Origin: an uncultured Candidatus Micrarchaeota archaeon
Lineage (GTDB): Archaea; Micrarchaeota; Micrarchaeia; Burarchaeales; Fermentimicrarchaeaceae
Length of the DNA: 64,000 bases
Assembly: GCA_963760615.1 (NCBI GenBank)
Contig: CAVXDX010000008.1
Span: 64,001-128,000, forward strand
Direction: 5' to 3'
Below are positions 18,140 to 28,970 of the stretch, piece after piece (the first letter of the stretch is position 1; every line of letters starts with the position of its first letter). Below the pieces are notes generated by a model. The model ran no database searches. It was not told where the DNA came from and saw only the letters and a program-made list of their open reading frames with translations. Position numbers and translations under genes: made by a program.

Positions 18140-19639
18140 ATGAATGACGAGGAAATTGTGAAATTCTTCGAGAAGGAGGAAGTCCTGCTTAGCCCTGACG
18201 CTGTTGAATTCCTCAAGGAGAAGAATGACGAGTCGCTTCTCAGGAAAATCATTGAGAAGAGGGGAGAGGAGGTTTTCATAAGCAGAGAATTTATCGAGCA
18301 GCTCATTGATGAGGAGAAGAAGATTCCTCTTCCCGTGGTTGAGGTGAAGCGAGCAAGTGATTTCAAGCCAATTTCAAAGGAGTATTCACCAGAGCTCAAA
18401 TTCCTCAAGGAGTATGATGTGAGCGGGAAATGCAACTGCGGAGGGAGCGTTGACGATTTTGTGAATTTATTCAGGGACAGGCTGAAGAAGACAAGGAAGA
18501 TGCTGGAAATGAGGGTTGGGGCAACAGGCATAACAGAGATAGGCGCAACAGGAGGGTTCACAAAAGGCAGGGAAGTGAGAGTTATTGGCATTGTGAACAA
18601 CAAAATGATTACAAAGAACGGGCATGTCATGATTGAGCTTGAAAGTGAAGAAGGGGTTGCCAAGGTGCTTGCATTGAAGTCAAGCCGAGAGCCTGACAGG
18701 AGCTGCTTTGAGAAGGCAAACACACTCCTGCTGGACGAGGTTGTCGCTATAGACGGAAGGGTCTCTGACCCGTTCATAATTGCCAGCGATGTGATCTGGC
18801 CGGACTTGCCAATAAGGACTCAACGGGTCATCGACAGGGACTTGTGCATTGCTTTCATGTCTGATTTGCATGTGGGAAGCAGGAATTTCATGCAGGAGCA
18901 ATTCCAGAAGCTGCTGGGCTGGCTCAATGGGGAGATTGGCGAGGGGAACGGCATGGAGCTGGTTGGGAGGATAAAGTACATCATAATTGCAGGGGATTTG
19001 GTTGATGGAATCGGAGTTTACCCGGAGCAGGAGAAGGAGCTTGTCATCAAAGATATATATGAACAGTATGATCTTTTCCTGAAGTTCATAAGCTCAATTC
19101 CTGAGTACATTGAAGTGATTATAGCGCCGGGCAACCACGATGCGGTGAGAAGGGCAGAGCCACAGCCTGAGATTGCGAAGGATTTGCTGAAGGCAGGCAA
19201 CGGGAGGATGCATGTTGTGGGCAATCCCTCACTTGTAGATATAGAGGGGTTCAGGACCCTCATCTACCACGGAACTTCCCTTGATTCAATCATTGCAGGC
19301 ATACACGGCATGAGCTACCAATACCCCGAGAAACCCATGGTGGAGCTTCTGAAGAGAAGAAACCTCAGCCCAATCTACGGGGAGAACCCGGTTGTGCCTG
19401 AGAGCAAGGATTACATGCTCATTGAGGAGGTGCCAGACATCGTTCACATGGGGCACGTGCACAAGAACGGCTATGACAATTACAAAGGAACGGTAGTTGT
19501 AAACTCCGGGACTTGGCAGAGCCAGACAGACTTCCAGCTGAAGCAGGGCCACACTCCCAGCCCCTGCATTCTGCCTGTCCTTGATTTGAGGAGCGGAAGG
19601 ATGAACGTAATAAACTTCATTAAGAGGGAAGTTGGATGA
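18140..19639 (+). CDS. polB: DNA polymerase D small subunit DP1
   Basis: OB fold plus SDLHVGS, AGDLVDG, PGNHD, HMGHVH phosphoesterase motifs; ATG 18140 preferred. Confidence 0.95.
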   Translation: MNDEEIVKFFEKEEVLLSPDAVEFLKEKNDESLLRKIIEKRGEEVFISREFIEQLIDEEKKIPLPVVEVKRASDFKPISKEYSPELKFLKEYDVSGKCNCGGSVDDFVNLFRDRLKKTRKMLEMRVGATGITEIGATGGFTKGREVRVIGIVNNKMITKNGHVMIELESEEGVAKVLALKSSREPDRSCFEKANTLLLDEVVAIDGRVSDPFIIASDVIWPDLPIRTQRVIDRDLCIAFMSDLHVGSRNFMQEQFQKLLGWLNGEIGEGNGMELVGRIKYIIIAGDLVDGIGVYPEQEKELVIKDIYEQYDLFLKFISSIPEYIEVIIAPGNHDAVRRAEPQPEIAKDLLKAGNGRMHVVGNPSLVDIEGFRTLIYHGTSLDSIIAGIHGMSYQYPEKPMVELLKRRNLSPIYGENPVVPESKDYMLIEEVPDIVHMGHVHKNGYDNYKGTVVVNSGTWQSQTDFQLKQGHTPSPCILPVLDLRSGRMNVINFIKREVG

Positions 19640-22600
19640 AGGAGTATTTTGAAAGTCTGCAGAATGGCTTTGCGGATGCTTACTCAGTTGCAGAGAAAGC
19701 CAGGGCAAAGAACTTCGACCCTGACAGCAGGCCAGAGATACTGCCTGCTGAGGACATTGCTGCCAGGGTGGAAGGCATTGTCGGCCCTCCCGGTATTGCA
19801 GCCAGGATAAGGGAAATCGGAATGGACAAAAAGAGGGAAACTCTTGCTTTTGACATTCTGAAGGAAATAATTGAAAGCAACAAGGGTGACAGGGAGAAGG
19901 TGATTGAGCAGGCTGTGAGGACCGGAGTTGCCATCCTCACTGAAGGGGTGCTGGTTGCCCCAACAGAGGGTATTTCCTCCATTAGGATAAGGGAGAACCC
20001 TGACGGCAGCAATTACCTTGCCATGTATTTCTCAGGCCCCATAAGGAGTGCCGGCGGGACTGTTGCAGCTCTGAGCGTTGCGCTTGCAGACTTTGCCAGG
20101 AGAAAATACAACATTGCTGATTACCGTCCGACGGACACTGAAGTGGAGAGATATGTTGAGGAGATTGCCCTCTACGATGTGCGCGCAGCGAGGCTGCAGT
20201 ACAGACCAACAGACGATGAGATAAGGGTGATTGTCAAGAACTGCCCAGTGTGCATTGACGGCGAGCCTACTGAGGATTTCGAGGTTTCTGTTCACAAGGG
20301 GTTACCAAGGATTGAGACTGACAGGGTGAGGGGAGGGATGTGCCTTGTCATTGGGGAAGGCATTGCCCAGAAGGCGAGCAAGGTGCTGAGGTACACAAAA
20401 TCGATTGGGCTGAACTGGAGCTGGCTTGAGGCATGCGTGAAAGTCCCCAAGAGGGAGGGAGGGGCGGAGATAAAACCAAACAGCCTTTACCTTGACGATA
20501 TCGTTGCGGGAAGGCCAATCTTCAGCTATCCCTCCGAGAAAGGGGGCTTCAGGCTGAGGTACGGCAGGACAAGGATGAGCGGCATAGCCGCGAAGGCAAT
20601 TCACCCGGCAACGATGGTTCTGCTTGACGGGTTCCTGACGGTTGGGACGCAGATGAAAGTGGAGAGGCCTGGCAAGGGTTGCATAGTCACTCCCTGCAGC
20701 ACAATTGAAGGACCTTTTGTGAAGCTTAAGGACGGGAGCGTGCTGCAGGTTAGGAGCACAGAGGAAGCAGAGAAGGTGAAGGGTGACGTTGAGGTGATTC
20801 TCTCTCTTGGCGACATACTGATTTCCTACGGGGATTTTTACAAGTCTAACCATCCTCTTATTCCGAGCGGCTACTGCGAGGAGTTCTGGCGCAGGGAGCT
20901 GGAGAAAGCCGCAAGGGAGAAGGGAGCTGACCCCAAGAGTGCTGCACCGCAGGAGCTGAGCGGTGAGGATGCATTCAAAGTTTCGGAGAAGCTGGGGGTA
21001 CCGCTCCACCCCAATTATACATATCTCTGGCATGACATCTCTGCAGATGAGCTTAGAGAGCTTGCGGACTGGCTTTCAAACGGGAGGCTTGTATACGAGT
21101 GGTTCAAGCTGAAGGAGCTTAGGGTGGGGAAGGGGAACGGCAAGGCGGTGCTGGAGAAGCTGTGCGTGCCTCACAGGGTTGAAGGAGATGAAATTGTGGT
21201 GAGGGAGCATGCTTTCACGCTTCTCATGAGCCTCGGCATGCTGCAGAACAGGAAGGTAACCCCAGAGAAGTTCAATTCTGTATTTTCAAAGGAGAAGAGG
21301 GCAATGGACACGGTGCGTGAGCTCGCAGGTGTGCAGCTGAGGGAGAAGGCGCCTGTCTACATAGGGGCAAGGATGGGACGGCCTGAGAAGGCGAGGGAGA
21401 GGAAGATGAAGCCCGCGCCCAATGTGCTTTTTCCAATAGGAAACTGGGGAGGCGCCACAAGGGATGTGGTGAAAGCATACAGGAAGGCGAAGGACAGCGA
21501 AAGGTTCGAGGGGAAAGGAGTCGTCGTGGAGGTTGCGAGGATGACATGCCCCTCGTGCAAGAGAGTCATGACAAGCAACAAGTGCCCCATGTGCGATGTG
21601 AGAACAGTCACCGCAAAGGTATGCCTTAAATGCGGGAAAGAAATTTACGGCGAGTTCTGCGAGAAATGCAAGAGCCGGGCATCTGAATCGGACTCAAGAG
21701 GGGTTAACCTTGTTGACTTGGTTGATGCTGCAGTGAAAAAGTGCGGAAGTCTGCCGGAAGAGATTAAGGGAGTTAAGGGGATGACCAGCAGGAGCAAGAT
21801 TCCTGAACCTCTGGAGAAGGGCATACTTAGAGCGAAGCACGGAGTCTTCGTGTTCAAGGACGGGACTGCGAGGTTTGATGCGACAAATGTGCTGCTCACA
21901 CACTTCAAGCCAAGCGAGATTGGATTAAGCATTGAGAAGCTGAAGGAGCTCGGCTACACCAAGGATCACGAGGGGAAGGAGCTGAAGGATGCCGGTCAGC
22001 TTGTCGAGATGAAGCCACAGGACATCATAGTTGCGGACAGGGGAGGGGAATACATGGTAAAGGTTGCGAATTTCATTGACGATTCCCTGATATACCTCTA
22101 CGGGCTTCCCCCTTACTACAATGTGAAAAGTAGGGAGGACATCATTGGAAAGCTTGTGGTGACACTCTCTCCGCATACATCGTGCGGAGTTCTGGGTAGG
22201 ATAATAGGCTTCACAAAATCACACATTGGCTATGCACATCCTTATATGATTTCAGCGAGGAGGCGTAATTGTGACGGGGATGAGGATTCAATGATGCTGC
22301 TGCTTGACGCATTGATAAACTTCTCCAAGAAATTCCTGCCTGACAGCAGAGGAGGCACCATGGATGCTTCTCTTGTCCTCACCACGGTGGTTAACCCCAA
22401 GGAGGTTGATGATGAAGTGCATGCCATGGAGATTTGCAGCGAGTATCCGCTTGAGCTCTATGAGGCAAGCCTGAGGTTCGATAACGCGGGAGAGGTGAAG
22501 ATAGAGAAGGTTTCTGAGAGGCTTGGCAAGCCTGAGCAGTACTACGGTTTGAGCTTCACCCATGAGACAGGCTCGTTGGAGGGAATACCGCTCATGACGA

Positions 22601-23016
22601 AGTATGTTGAGTTGAAAAGCATGAAGGAGAAGATAGACGCGCAGTTCAGCCTTTACGAAAAGATAAGAGCCGTGAAGGTGAAGGATGCAACTGAAAGGCT
22701 GATATTGAGCCACTTCCTGCCGGATTTGTATGGTAATCTCAGGTCATTCTCAAAGCAGATTTTCCGGTGCGTGAGCTGCAACAGCAAGTACAGGAGAGTC
22801 CCTCTCTCAGGCAAGTGCAGGAGGTGCGGGGGAAAACTGGTTCTCACCATATCGAAAGGCGGTATTGAGAAGTACCTGAAAATCTCACAGGAGCTTGCAG
22901 AGAGGTACCAGCTTCCAGCATACCTGAAGCAGAGGCTGGTGCTGCTTGAGAGCGATATTTCCTCAGTTTTCGGGGATGAGGACAAAAAGCAGTTCAGCCT
23001 GGCGGAGTTCATGTGA
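19636..23016 (+). CDS. polC: DNA polymerase D large subunit DP2 (no intein apparent)
   Basis: GPIRSAGGT, RRNCDGDED, Cys-rich zinc modules; 1126 aa. Confidence 0.97.
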   Translation: MKEYFESLQNGFADAYSVAEKARAKNFDPDSRPEILPAEDIAARVEGIVGPPGIAARIREIGMDKKRETLAFDILKEIIESNKGDREKVIEQAVRTGVAILTEGVLVAPTEGISSIRIRENPDGSNYLAMYFSGPIRSAGGTVAALSVALADFARRKYNIADYRPTDTEVERYVEEIALYDVRAARLQYRPTDDEIRVIVKNCPVCIDGEPTEDFEVSVHKGLPRIETDRVRGGMCLVIGEGIAQKASKVLRYTKSIGLNWSWLEACVKVPKREGGAEIKPNSLYLDDIVAGRPIFSYPSEKGGFRLRYGRTRMSGIAAKAIHPATMVLLDGFLTVGTQMKVERPGKGCIVTPCSTIEGPFVKLKDGSVLQVRSTEEAEKVKGDVEVILSLGDILISYGDFYKSNHPLIPSGYCEEFWRRELEKAAREKGADPKSAAPQELSGEDAFKVSEKLGVPLHPNYTYLWHDISADELRELADWLSNGRLVYEWFKLKELRVGKGNGKAVLEKLCVPHRVEGDEIVVREHAFTLLMSLGMLQNRKVTPEKFNSVFSKEKRAMDTVRELAGVQLREKAPVYIGARMGRPEKARERKMKPAPNVLFPIGNWGGATRDVVKAYRKAKDSERFEGKGVVVEVARMTCPSCKRVMTSNKCPMCDVRTVTAKVCLKCGKEIYGEFCEKCKSRASESDSRGVNLVDLVDAAVKKCGSLPEEIKGVKGMTSRSKIPEPLEKGILRAKHGVFVFKDGTARFDATNVLLTHFKPSEIGLSIEKLKELGYTKDHEGKELKDAGQLVEMKPQDIIVADRGGEYMVKVANFIDDSLIYLYGLPPYYNVKSREDIIGKLVVTLSPHTSCGVLGRIIGFTKSHIGYAHPYMISARRRNCDGDEDSMMLLLDALINFSKKFLPDSRGGTMDASLVLTTVVNPKEVDDEVHAMEICSEYPLELYEASLRFDNAGEVKIEKVSERLGKPEQYYGLSFTHETGSLEGIPLMTKYVELKSMKEKIDAQFSLYEKIRAVKVKDATERLILSHFLPDLYGNLRSFSKQIFRCVSCNSKYRRVPLSGKCRRCGGKLVLTISKGGIEKYLKISQELAERYQLPAYLKQRLVLLESDISSVFGDEDKKQFSLAEFM

Positions 23017-23080
23017 AACTTCCTTACAATAAAGAAAGTATTAAATTAGATATTTGCTCTAATTCTTGCGGTGGTCATCT

Positions 23081-25786
23081 ATGAGAAAAATAGCTCTTCT
23101 TGCTGTGCTCATGCTTGTTTCCGGCTGCATCTTCTTCCCTCCTCCGCCCGAGGATAAATACTCCCTCTTTTCATACCTGCCGTCAGATGGCGCCACCGGG
23201 GCTTTTTTAGTAGATGTTAAGGAGCCCGCATTCAGCGAGATCACCTCTCTGCTGGGAAAACTACTAAGCGGCAAGGTTGGTTACGTGAAGGGGATGCAGA
23301 TCGCAGTACTCAGCTATGATGACGGAAGCAGCGCCGGCATTATTCAGATGAGGACAAACCTCAGCATTGGAGAGGTGCTTGAGGGAATTCCGACATATTC
23401 CTTGGGTATTGGGTCCTCAAGCCCTGAATTCGTGAATGAGACCAAGAGGATTGGTAACAGGGATGTTACGCTTCTATACTCGAAGGACGACACAAGTAAG
23501 AAGAATCCGCTATGCACGTGGAGGGAGGGGGACTGGCTGAAGGTGCTTTACTACCAGAAAGGTTATTCAAGCTCTTACCCACAATGCACATTCCCAGCAG
23601 GCTTCTCCTGCGTGTCATATGATATTAACGGGAACAACGAGCTGTACATTAAGCTGGGGCAGGGCACGGGTCATTCAATAAAAGTAAACTCCATACTCTG
23701 CACTTCGAGTACTGATTATAAGGAGTATATGAATGTTAATACTCCGCTCTTGAATCCGGTCAGCATAGATTCCGGCAGCGCTGCGGATATAGCTGGAGGT
23801 AGCAGTGGTAACACCATAACATGCAACGGCATTAGCGGGGGGAAATTCTCTGGGAGGATTTACATAAACTATACTGAAACAGACACCGGACTCAGCAGAA
23901 TTGCAGCAGGCACACTCTATGTATCTCTCGCTGGCAATGCAACAAAGGAAAAACGCTGTGACACTATTCTGGAGAGTACCTATGATACCACGAACGCTAA
24001 AGAACTGCTTGCAGAAAGTGCCAGTATTGGGGGCAGTCTCACAGCCTCTGGCACTATGTTTGGGGAGGGAATGGCGAGCTTTAATAACCAGAGCGTGTAC
24101 ATGGCAGCGTTTGGGGATGATGATGGGGATTACGGAGTCGGAATTATTGAGGGGAGCAGCCAGGGCAGTAACATGTGCTACAGCGGGATGGGGAGTTCAG
24201 GCAACAGCGCAGAGATTGTTAAGCGTGGCAGTATGGAAGCCTGCATTATGGGTTACAGCGGAGGCGGAGTATCTGATGTTTACTCCTTGCTGGGGGCTGG
24301 GAAACAGTTCTTAACCATGCAGCGAAAAGTCGGGAATTACTCCATAATGCTCATAGCCTATGTGAAGGGCGACAAGGAGAAGGTTAAGAGCAATGCAGAG
24401 GACATCGTCTTTGGAATCAACCTCCCTGGTGAGGAGGTGAGCTGGACTGACAGGATGAACCTCCATGTGAAGGTTTATGAGACATTTGAAGGAAGTTTTG
24501 ACCGGCAGCCTGTCGCCGATGCGAAGGTGGAGCTTTACAATGAAAGCTACGCGTATCCTGTATACGACTCATACGGAGCAGGAAAGCAAGAGCCAATAAA
24601 AACCGCATACACGGACGACAACGGGATTGTTGATTTTGTTAACATTGATATTGGGGATTATAACATTGTGACCAGCAAGCCGGGTTATTCAAAAGATACG
24701 GAGTATGTATACCCTGGCGGAAGCAGTAACATCAGCATTATGCTGCAAAAGCTTGAGCCGCTGAGGGTCAACGTCCGGGAGGGGAGCTACTCAAGCAGCG
24801 TCCCGGTTGCAGAGGCGAAGGTTGTTCTGTACAACGGGAGTTCGATATTTGCTGATGGAGGCGCAGGAGGCTACACCCAGAATTATGAAGTGATTGATAC
24901 GAAATACACGAATGCAAGCGGCGTTGCGGATTTTGGAAAGAGGAGTATTGAAAACGGTAAGATTGTTGTGAGCAAGGAGAGCTATGAAGATTATAATACG
25001 TATTTATCGACATATTCCAGAAATATAACTGTCTACCTCACAAAGAAGTATAATTACTATAATTACAGTGGGGAACCATTTACTGTAACTGTGCGGAGCT
25101 ATGACACTTCAGGGTTGACTTTAAACAATATTGAAGGAGCGAAGGTCAGTATTTACAACAAGACCTCGGTAGGTAGTTACACACTTGCCATGACGAATTA
25201 CACAGATTCAAATGGAGTGGCAAAGTTAAACGGTGGGAATATTGTGACTGGGAAAGTTACTGTAGAAAAGGAGGGGTACGGGGCGTATAGTGAGTACTTT
25301 TACTATTATAACACCAGGAATATTATGGTGTATCTCAGCCTAGCAAACCTAAACCAGACTTATGGATATAACAAACCTTCTGCTCCTGCTGAGAACTGCA
25401 GCGGGAATTACACGCTGAGAGTTTGGCCTTCTGATGCTGCAACTGCAACATGCACGGACAGTAACGGCGCGGTTATCCCTTCAACAGGAGAGAATGCTGC
25501 GGACTGGTTCAACTATGGTGGGTGCGGAGGGTGGAAGACGTATAATGTAACACCGGGCTCTCAAGTGATGATACAGGGGTATAGCGACAGTTGCGCAGGA
25601 TGCAGTCTTTGGCATATAAATTACTATTTGCATGATTACTACAACTCCACCTGGCATAATGTAGGGTATGTAGATGGGCCTGATGAGCTTGGCGCAACCT
25701 ATGATTTCTGTTATACTCCAAAAGGAAACAGGATAAATATAGAAGCTGAAACTGGTTTCTATGTAAAAGTATTCAAAAAAGGTTAG
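23081..25786 (+). CDS. Large surface lipoprotein with pilin-like domain and three beta-sandwich repeats
   Basis: MRKIALLAVLMLVSGC lipobox-like start; CTFPAGFSC...GQGTG domain; AKVxLY...TDxNG repeats x3. Confidence 0.8.
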   Translation: MRKIALLAVLMLVSGCIFFPPPPEDKYSLFSYLPSDGATGAFLVDVKEPAFSEITSLLGKLLSGKVGYVKGMQIAVLSYDDGSSAGIIQMRTNLSIGEVLEGIPTYSLGIGSSSPEFVNETKRIGNRDVTLLYSKDDTSKKNPLCTWREGDWLKVLYYQKGYSSSYPQCTFPAGFSCVSYDINGNNELYIKLGQGTGHSIKVNSILCTSSTDYKEYMNVNTPLLNPVSIDSGSAADIAGGSSGNTITCNGISGGKFSGRIYINYTETDTGLSRIAAGTLYVSLAGNATKEKRCDTILESTYDTTNAKELLAESASIGGSLTASGTMFGEGMASFNNQSVYMAAFGDDDGDYGVGIIEGSSQGSNMCYSGMGSSGNSAEIVKRGSMEACIMGYSGGGVSDVYSLLGAGKQFLTMQRKVGNYSIMLIAYVKGDKEKVKSNAEDIVFGINLPGEEVSWTDRMNLHVKVYETFEGSFDRQPVADAKVELYNESYAYPVYDSYGAGKQEPIKTAYTDDNGIVDFVNIDIGDYNIVTSKPGYSKDTEYVYPGGSSNISIMLQKLEPLRVNVREGSYSSSVPVAEAKVVLYNGSSIFADGGAGGYTQNYEVIDTKYTNASGVADFGKRSIENGKIVVSKESYEDYNTYLSTYSRNITVYLTKKYNYYNYSGEPFTVTVRSYDTSGLTLNNIEGAKVSIYNKTSVGSYTLAMTNYTDSNGVAKLNGGNIVTGKVTVEKEGYGAYSEYFYYYNTRNIMVYLSLANLNQTYGYNKPSAPAENCSGNYTLRVWPSDAATATCTDSNGAVIPSTGENAADWFNYGGCGGWKTYNVTPGSQVMIQGYSDSCAGCSLWHINYYLHDYYNSTWHNVGYVDGPDELGATYDFCYTPKGNRINIEAETGFYVKVFKKG

Positions 25787-26636
25787 GGGATTTATTTCTT
25801 CCGTACCAGTAAACATACTGCTGGGCATAGCCAGCATAGCCGTCCCAGTAATCTCTTGCAAAGCTCTGAATCTCCGCATCGCTCAATTTCTTGTTTTTGA
25901 AATAAACTTTTTTCATGCTCCTCCTCACCCATACATCCACCGGGAAGGATTCCAGCTTGCCATAGGAGAAAAGCATTACGCAGTCTGCTATCTTTTCACC
26001 CACTCCCTTTATCCTCATGAGTTCCATCCTGCTCTCAGGGTAGCTCATCCCTGCTATCCCGCTTAGGTCAATTCTTCCCGAGCATGCTTTTGCCGCATTC
26101 TTCAGGTACTCCGCCCTGAAGCCTAGCTTGCACTGCTTCAGGGATTTGGAATCAGCTTCAGAGAGGCTGCGGGCATCTGGGAAGCGGTAGAAGCATTCCC
26201 CTTCAACCTTGACTTTTTCACCAAATTTACGCGAGATGTTGCCAACGATGCACTTTATATTCCTGAGGTTGTTGTTGGCAGAGCATATGAAGCACGCCAG
26301 AGTCTCCCAAGGGTCTGAGAGTGTCAACCTCAGACCGTAGAGCTCCCTCACTGCCTCCAGCATGAATTCATCTTTTATAAGCTTCTTGTAGATGAGCTTC
26401 ATGTCATCCTTCAGCCTGAACCTGTCCTCCACCACCTCTCTGATTTCGCGCTCGCTACCCTCTCCCTTCCATTCAACCCTCAACGCATCCTGGGTCTGCT
26501 GCATTGAAACGAGAGCTCGGTTGACAAGAAATTGCGCACGGCCATTCCGGTAATCCATCAGGAAAAACGGAGGCTGCCCGCTGAGCAGGGTGTGCTCAAG
26601 GCTGAAGCATCTTACCGGGATTTCTATGGCAGGCAT
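25773..26636 (-). CDS. 8-oxoguanine DNA glycosylase-like (HhH-GPD)
   Basis: WETLACFICSANNN, LGFRAEY, IKGVGEKIADC, FPVDVW. Confidence 0.88.
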   Translation of the reverse strand: MPAIEIPVRCFSLEHTLLSGQPPFFLMDYRNGRAQFLVNRALVSMQQTQDALRVEWKGEGSEREIREVVEDRFRLKDDMKLIYKKLIKDEFMLEAVRELYGLRLTLSDPWETLACFICSANNNLRNIKCIVGNISRKFGEKVKVEGECFYRFPDARSLSEADSKSLKQCKLGFRAEYLKNAAKACSGRIDLSGIAGMSYPESRMELMRIKGVGEKIADCVMLFSYGKLESFPVDVWVRRSMKKVYFKNKKLSDAEIQSFARDYWDGYAGYAQQYVYWYGRNKSPNLF

Positions 26637-28123
26637 AGCACATTACCTTCTATCAATGAGCGCAGTTTTTCCGGCAGGTTCTGGGATGCCTCCCTAGTCT
26701 GCTTACCATCGTTTCTGAAGCGTATTGTGGCAGTTCCGTCTTTCAAAGTCTGATAGTCAACTGTTATGCAGTATGGAACGCCTATCTCATCAGCCCTCGC
26801 ATACCTTTTCCCTATGCTTCCTGTTTCATCATACAGGATGTCAAACCCCTTAGCTCTTAGCAGATCTGCAACAGCGGATGCCTTCTCTGCAAGCCCATCC
26901 TTTTTCATGAGGGGCAGCACAGCGGCATCAAATGGAGAGATGAAGGCAGGAAAATCAAACCACTCCCAGTCCCTCTTCTCCGCTCCTCCTCCCTTCCTGT
27001 AGCAGTGCTCCAAGATGCAGAGTATTGTTCTGTCAACCCCGAAACTCGGCTCGACCACGTGAGGAATGACTCTGCTTCCATCCTCAAGAGTGACAGACAA
27101 ATCCTTTCCGCTTGCTTGCGAGTGGCTCTTCAAATCGTAATCAGTCCTGTAGGCATTGCCTATAACCTCAACCCAGCCCATTGAGGTTTTCACCTCCAAG
27201 TCTATATTGCCACCAGAGTAGTGAGGCGTCTCCTCAGGAAGCATATGCCTGAACCTCAGCGCATCATGGGGTATGCCGAGCTTCAGGTAGAACTGCATCT
27301 CCCTTGCCATGAAGTATCCCATCGCCTCATTCGGCACAATTTTTTTCTCAACCGCCTCCTTTGCCGTGAGCTCAATGCACTTATCACTGCCATTTTTCTG
27401 CTCCTCTCTTGTGTATATTCTGAGCTTCTCATTCTCAACCTGTTTGAACTTTGGGTGTGCCGGTGAGGATAGGTTGAAGAAATACTCCAGCTCCATCTGA
27501 CTGAACTCCCTCAATCTAATAAGCCCCTGCCTCGGGGATATCTCATTCCTGAAGGACTTTCCAATCTGCGCTATGCCCATAGGCAGCTTTGACCCATGGC
27601 TCCTGAAAATCCTCTGGAAGTCCAGGAAGATTCCTTGAGCGGTTTCAGGCCGTATGTAGCCTGTCGCACCTTCCATCGGGCCTATGTTTGTCTTGAACAT
27701 GAGGTTGAACCAGCCCACTTCCCCTAGAGGACCGCCACATTCCGGGCAGACTATTTTTTTCTCTTTCATCTCCTTTGTAAGCTGCTCGGGTTTCATCCCC
27801 TCGCATCTGAACTTTCCCTTCTCCTCCAGCAGGTGGTCTGCTCTGAATTTCTTCTTGCATTTCAGGCATTCTACAACAGGGTCCCCGAAGCATGAGAGGT
27901 GGCCCGAGGCCTTTAGGACAGCCTCTGGGAGTATGTAAACAGTCTCTATCTCAAAATATCCGTCTCTTCTGAGGAAGAAGTTTCTCCAGTAGTCCTCAAG
28001 TTTCCTCTTTAGAGCTTTACCCACAGGCCCGTAGTCATAGAACCCTCCAACAGGTGAGTAGAGCTCGTTTGATGGGATTATTATCGAGCGCTTCAGCGCT
28101 ATCTCCATTACGTCCTGCATCAT
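26624..28123 (-). CDS. glyS: Glycine--tRNA ligase (archaeal/eukaryotic type)
   Basis: YDYGPVG, RPETAQGIF, FRNEISPRQGLIRLREF, EPSFGVDR, SIGKRYARADEIG. Confidence 0.96.
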   Translation of the reverse strand: MMQDVMEIALKRSIIIPSNELYSPVGGFYDYGPVGKALKRKLEDYWRNFFLRRDGYFEIETVYILPEAVLKASGHLSCFGDPVVECLKCKKKFRADHLLEEKGKFRCEGMKPEQLTKEMKEKKIVCPECGGPLGEVGWFNLMFKTNIGPMEGATGYIRPETAQGIFLDFQRIFRSHGSKLPMGIAQIGKSFRNEISPRQGLIRLREFSQMELEYFFNLSSPAHPKFKQVENEKLRIYTREEQKNGSDKCIELTAKEAVEKKIVPNEAMGYFMAREMQFYLKLGIPHDALRFRHMLPEETPHYSGGNIDLEVKTSMGWVEVIGNAYRTDYDLKSHSQASGKDLSVTLEDGSRVIPHVVEPSFGVDRTILCILEHCYRKGGGAEKRDWEWFDFPAFISPFDAAVLPLMKKDGLAEKASAVADLLRAKGFDILYDETGSIGKRYARADEIGVPYCITVDYQTLKDGTATIRFRNDGKQTREASQNLPEKLRSLIEGNVLCLP

Positions 28124-28195
28124 ACAATCATCTGAGTTGATTAGAGATGAGAAGATAAATAAATGTTGACTTTTTAAATACTACTCGGTGATTGA

Positions 28196-28969
28196 ATGGG
28201 ACGGGAAGAACTTCTTGAGAAAGCTAGGGCAGGAGTCAAGGAAGCCTATCTGGAGAAGGACAGGCCGCTCATACAGTGCGTCAATGCCATAAATGAGTTG
28301 GACAAGACGAGCAACCTTCTTTTCGAGAGGGTGCAGGAGTGGTATGGGATATATTTCCCTGAGCTCAGGATAAGGGAGCCTGAGAAGTACTGCGAGCTTG
28401 TTACAAAGGTTGACCGGAGCAACATAAAAGTGGATGAGATTTCCTCCATAGTCGGAGAGGAGAAGGCAAGAGAGATTCAGGAGAGGGCTCAGAGAAGCAT
28501 GGGGGTGGACTTGGGGGAGAAGGATTTAGAGAAGGTGAGGGAGCTTGCGAAGGAAGTTCTCAACCTCAGAATGCTGAGCAACTCCATAGAGAAGTATGAA
28601 ACCGAGCTTACAAAGGAGCTCTGCCCCAACCTCACCTATCTGATTGACGCCCCGCTTGCTGCAAAGCTCATAGCGCATGCGGGAAGCCTGAAGAGACTCG
28701 CAACCATGCCCGCTAGCACAATTCAAGTTCTAGGAGCAGAGAAGGCACTTTTCAAGCACCTCAGGCAGCACACAAAATCTCCAAAGCATGGGATTCTTTT
28801 CCAGCATCCATGGGTGAATTCAGCTCCAAAGAAGGAGAGGGGGAAGATAGCAAGACTGCTCTCAACGAAGATAGCCATTGCTCTGAAAGCTGATTTCTAC
28901 ACAAAGCGCTTCATTGCAGAGAAGCTGAAGCAGGATTTGGACAGGAGGATGAAGGAGATAAAGGGATAG
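28196..28969 (+). CDS. Nop5/Nop56 C/D box sRNP protein
   Basis: EWYGIYFPEL, PASTIQVLGAEKALF, PKHGILF. Confidence 0.93.
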   Translation: MGREELLEKARAGVKEAYLEKDRPLIQCVNAINELDKTSNLLFERVQEWYGIYFPELRIREPEKYCELVTKVDRSNIKVDEISSIVGEEKAREIQERAQRSMGVDLGEKDLEKVRELAKEVLNLRMLSNSIEKYETELTKELCPNLTYLIDAPLAAKLIAHAGSLKRLATMPASTIQVLGAEKALFKHLRQHTKSPKHGILFQHPWVNSAPKKERGKIARLLSTKIAIALKADFYTKRFIAEKLKQDLDRRMKEIKG

Positions 28970-28970
28970 C

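Noticed and set aside
19636-23016. Intein in DP2
   Set aside because: Length and motif continuity match an uninterrupted protein.
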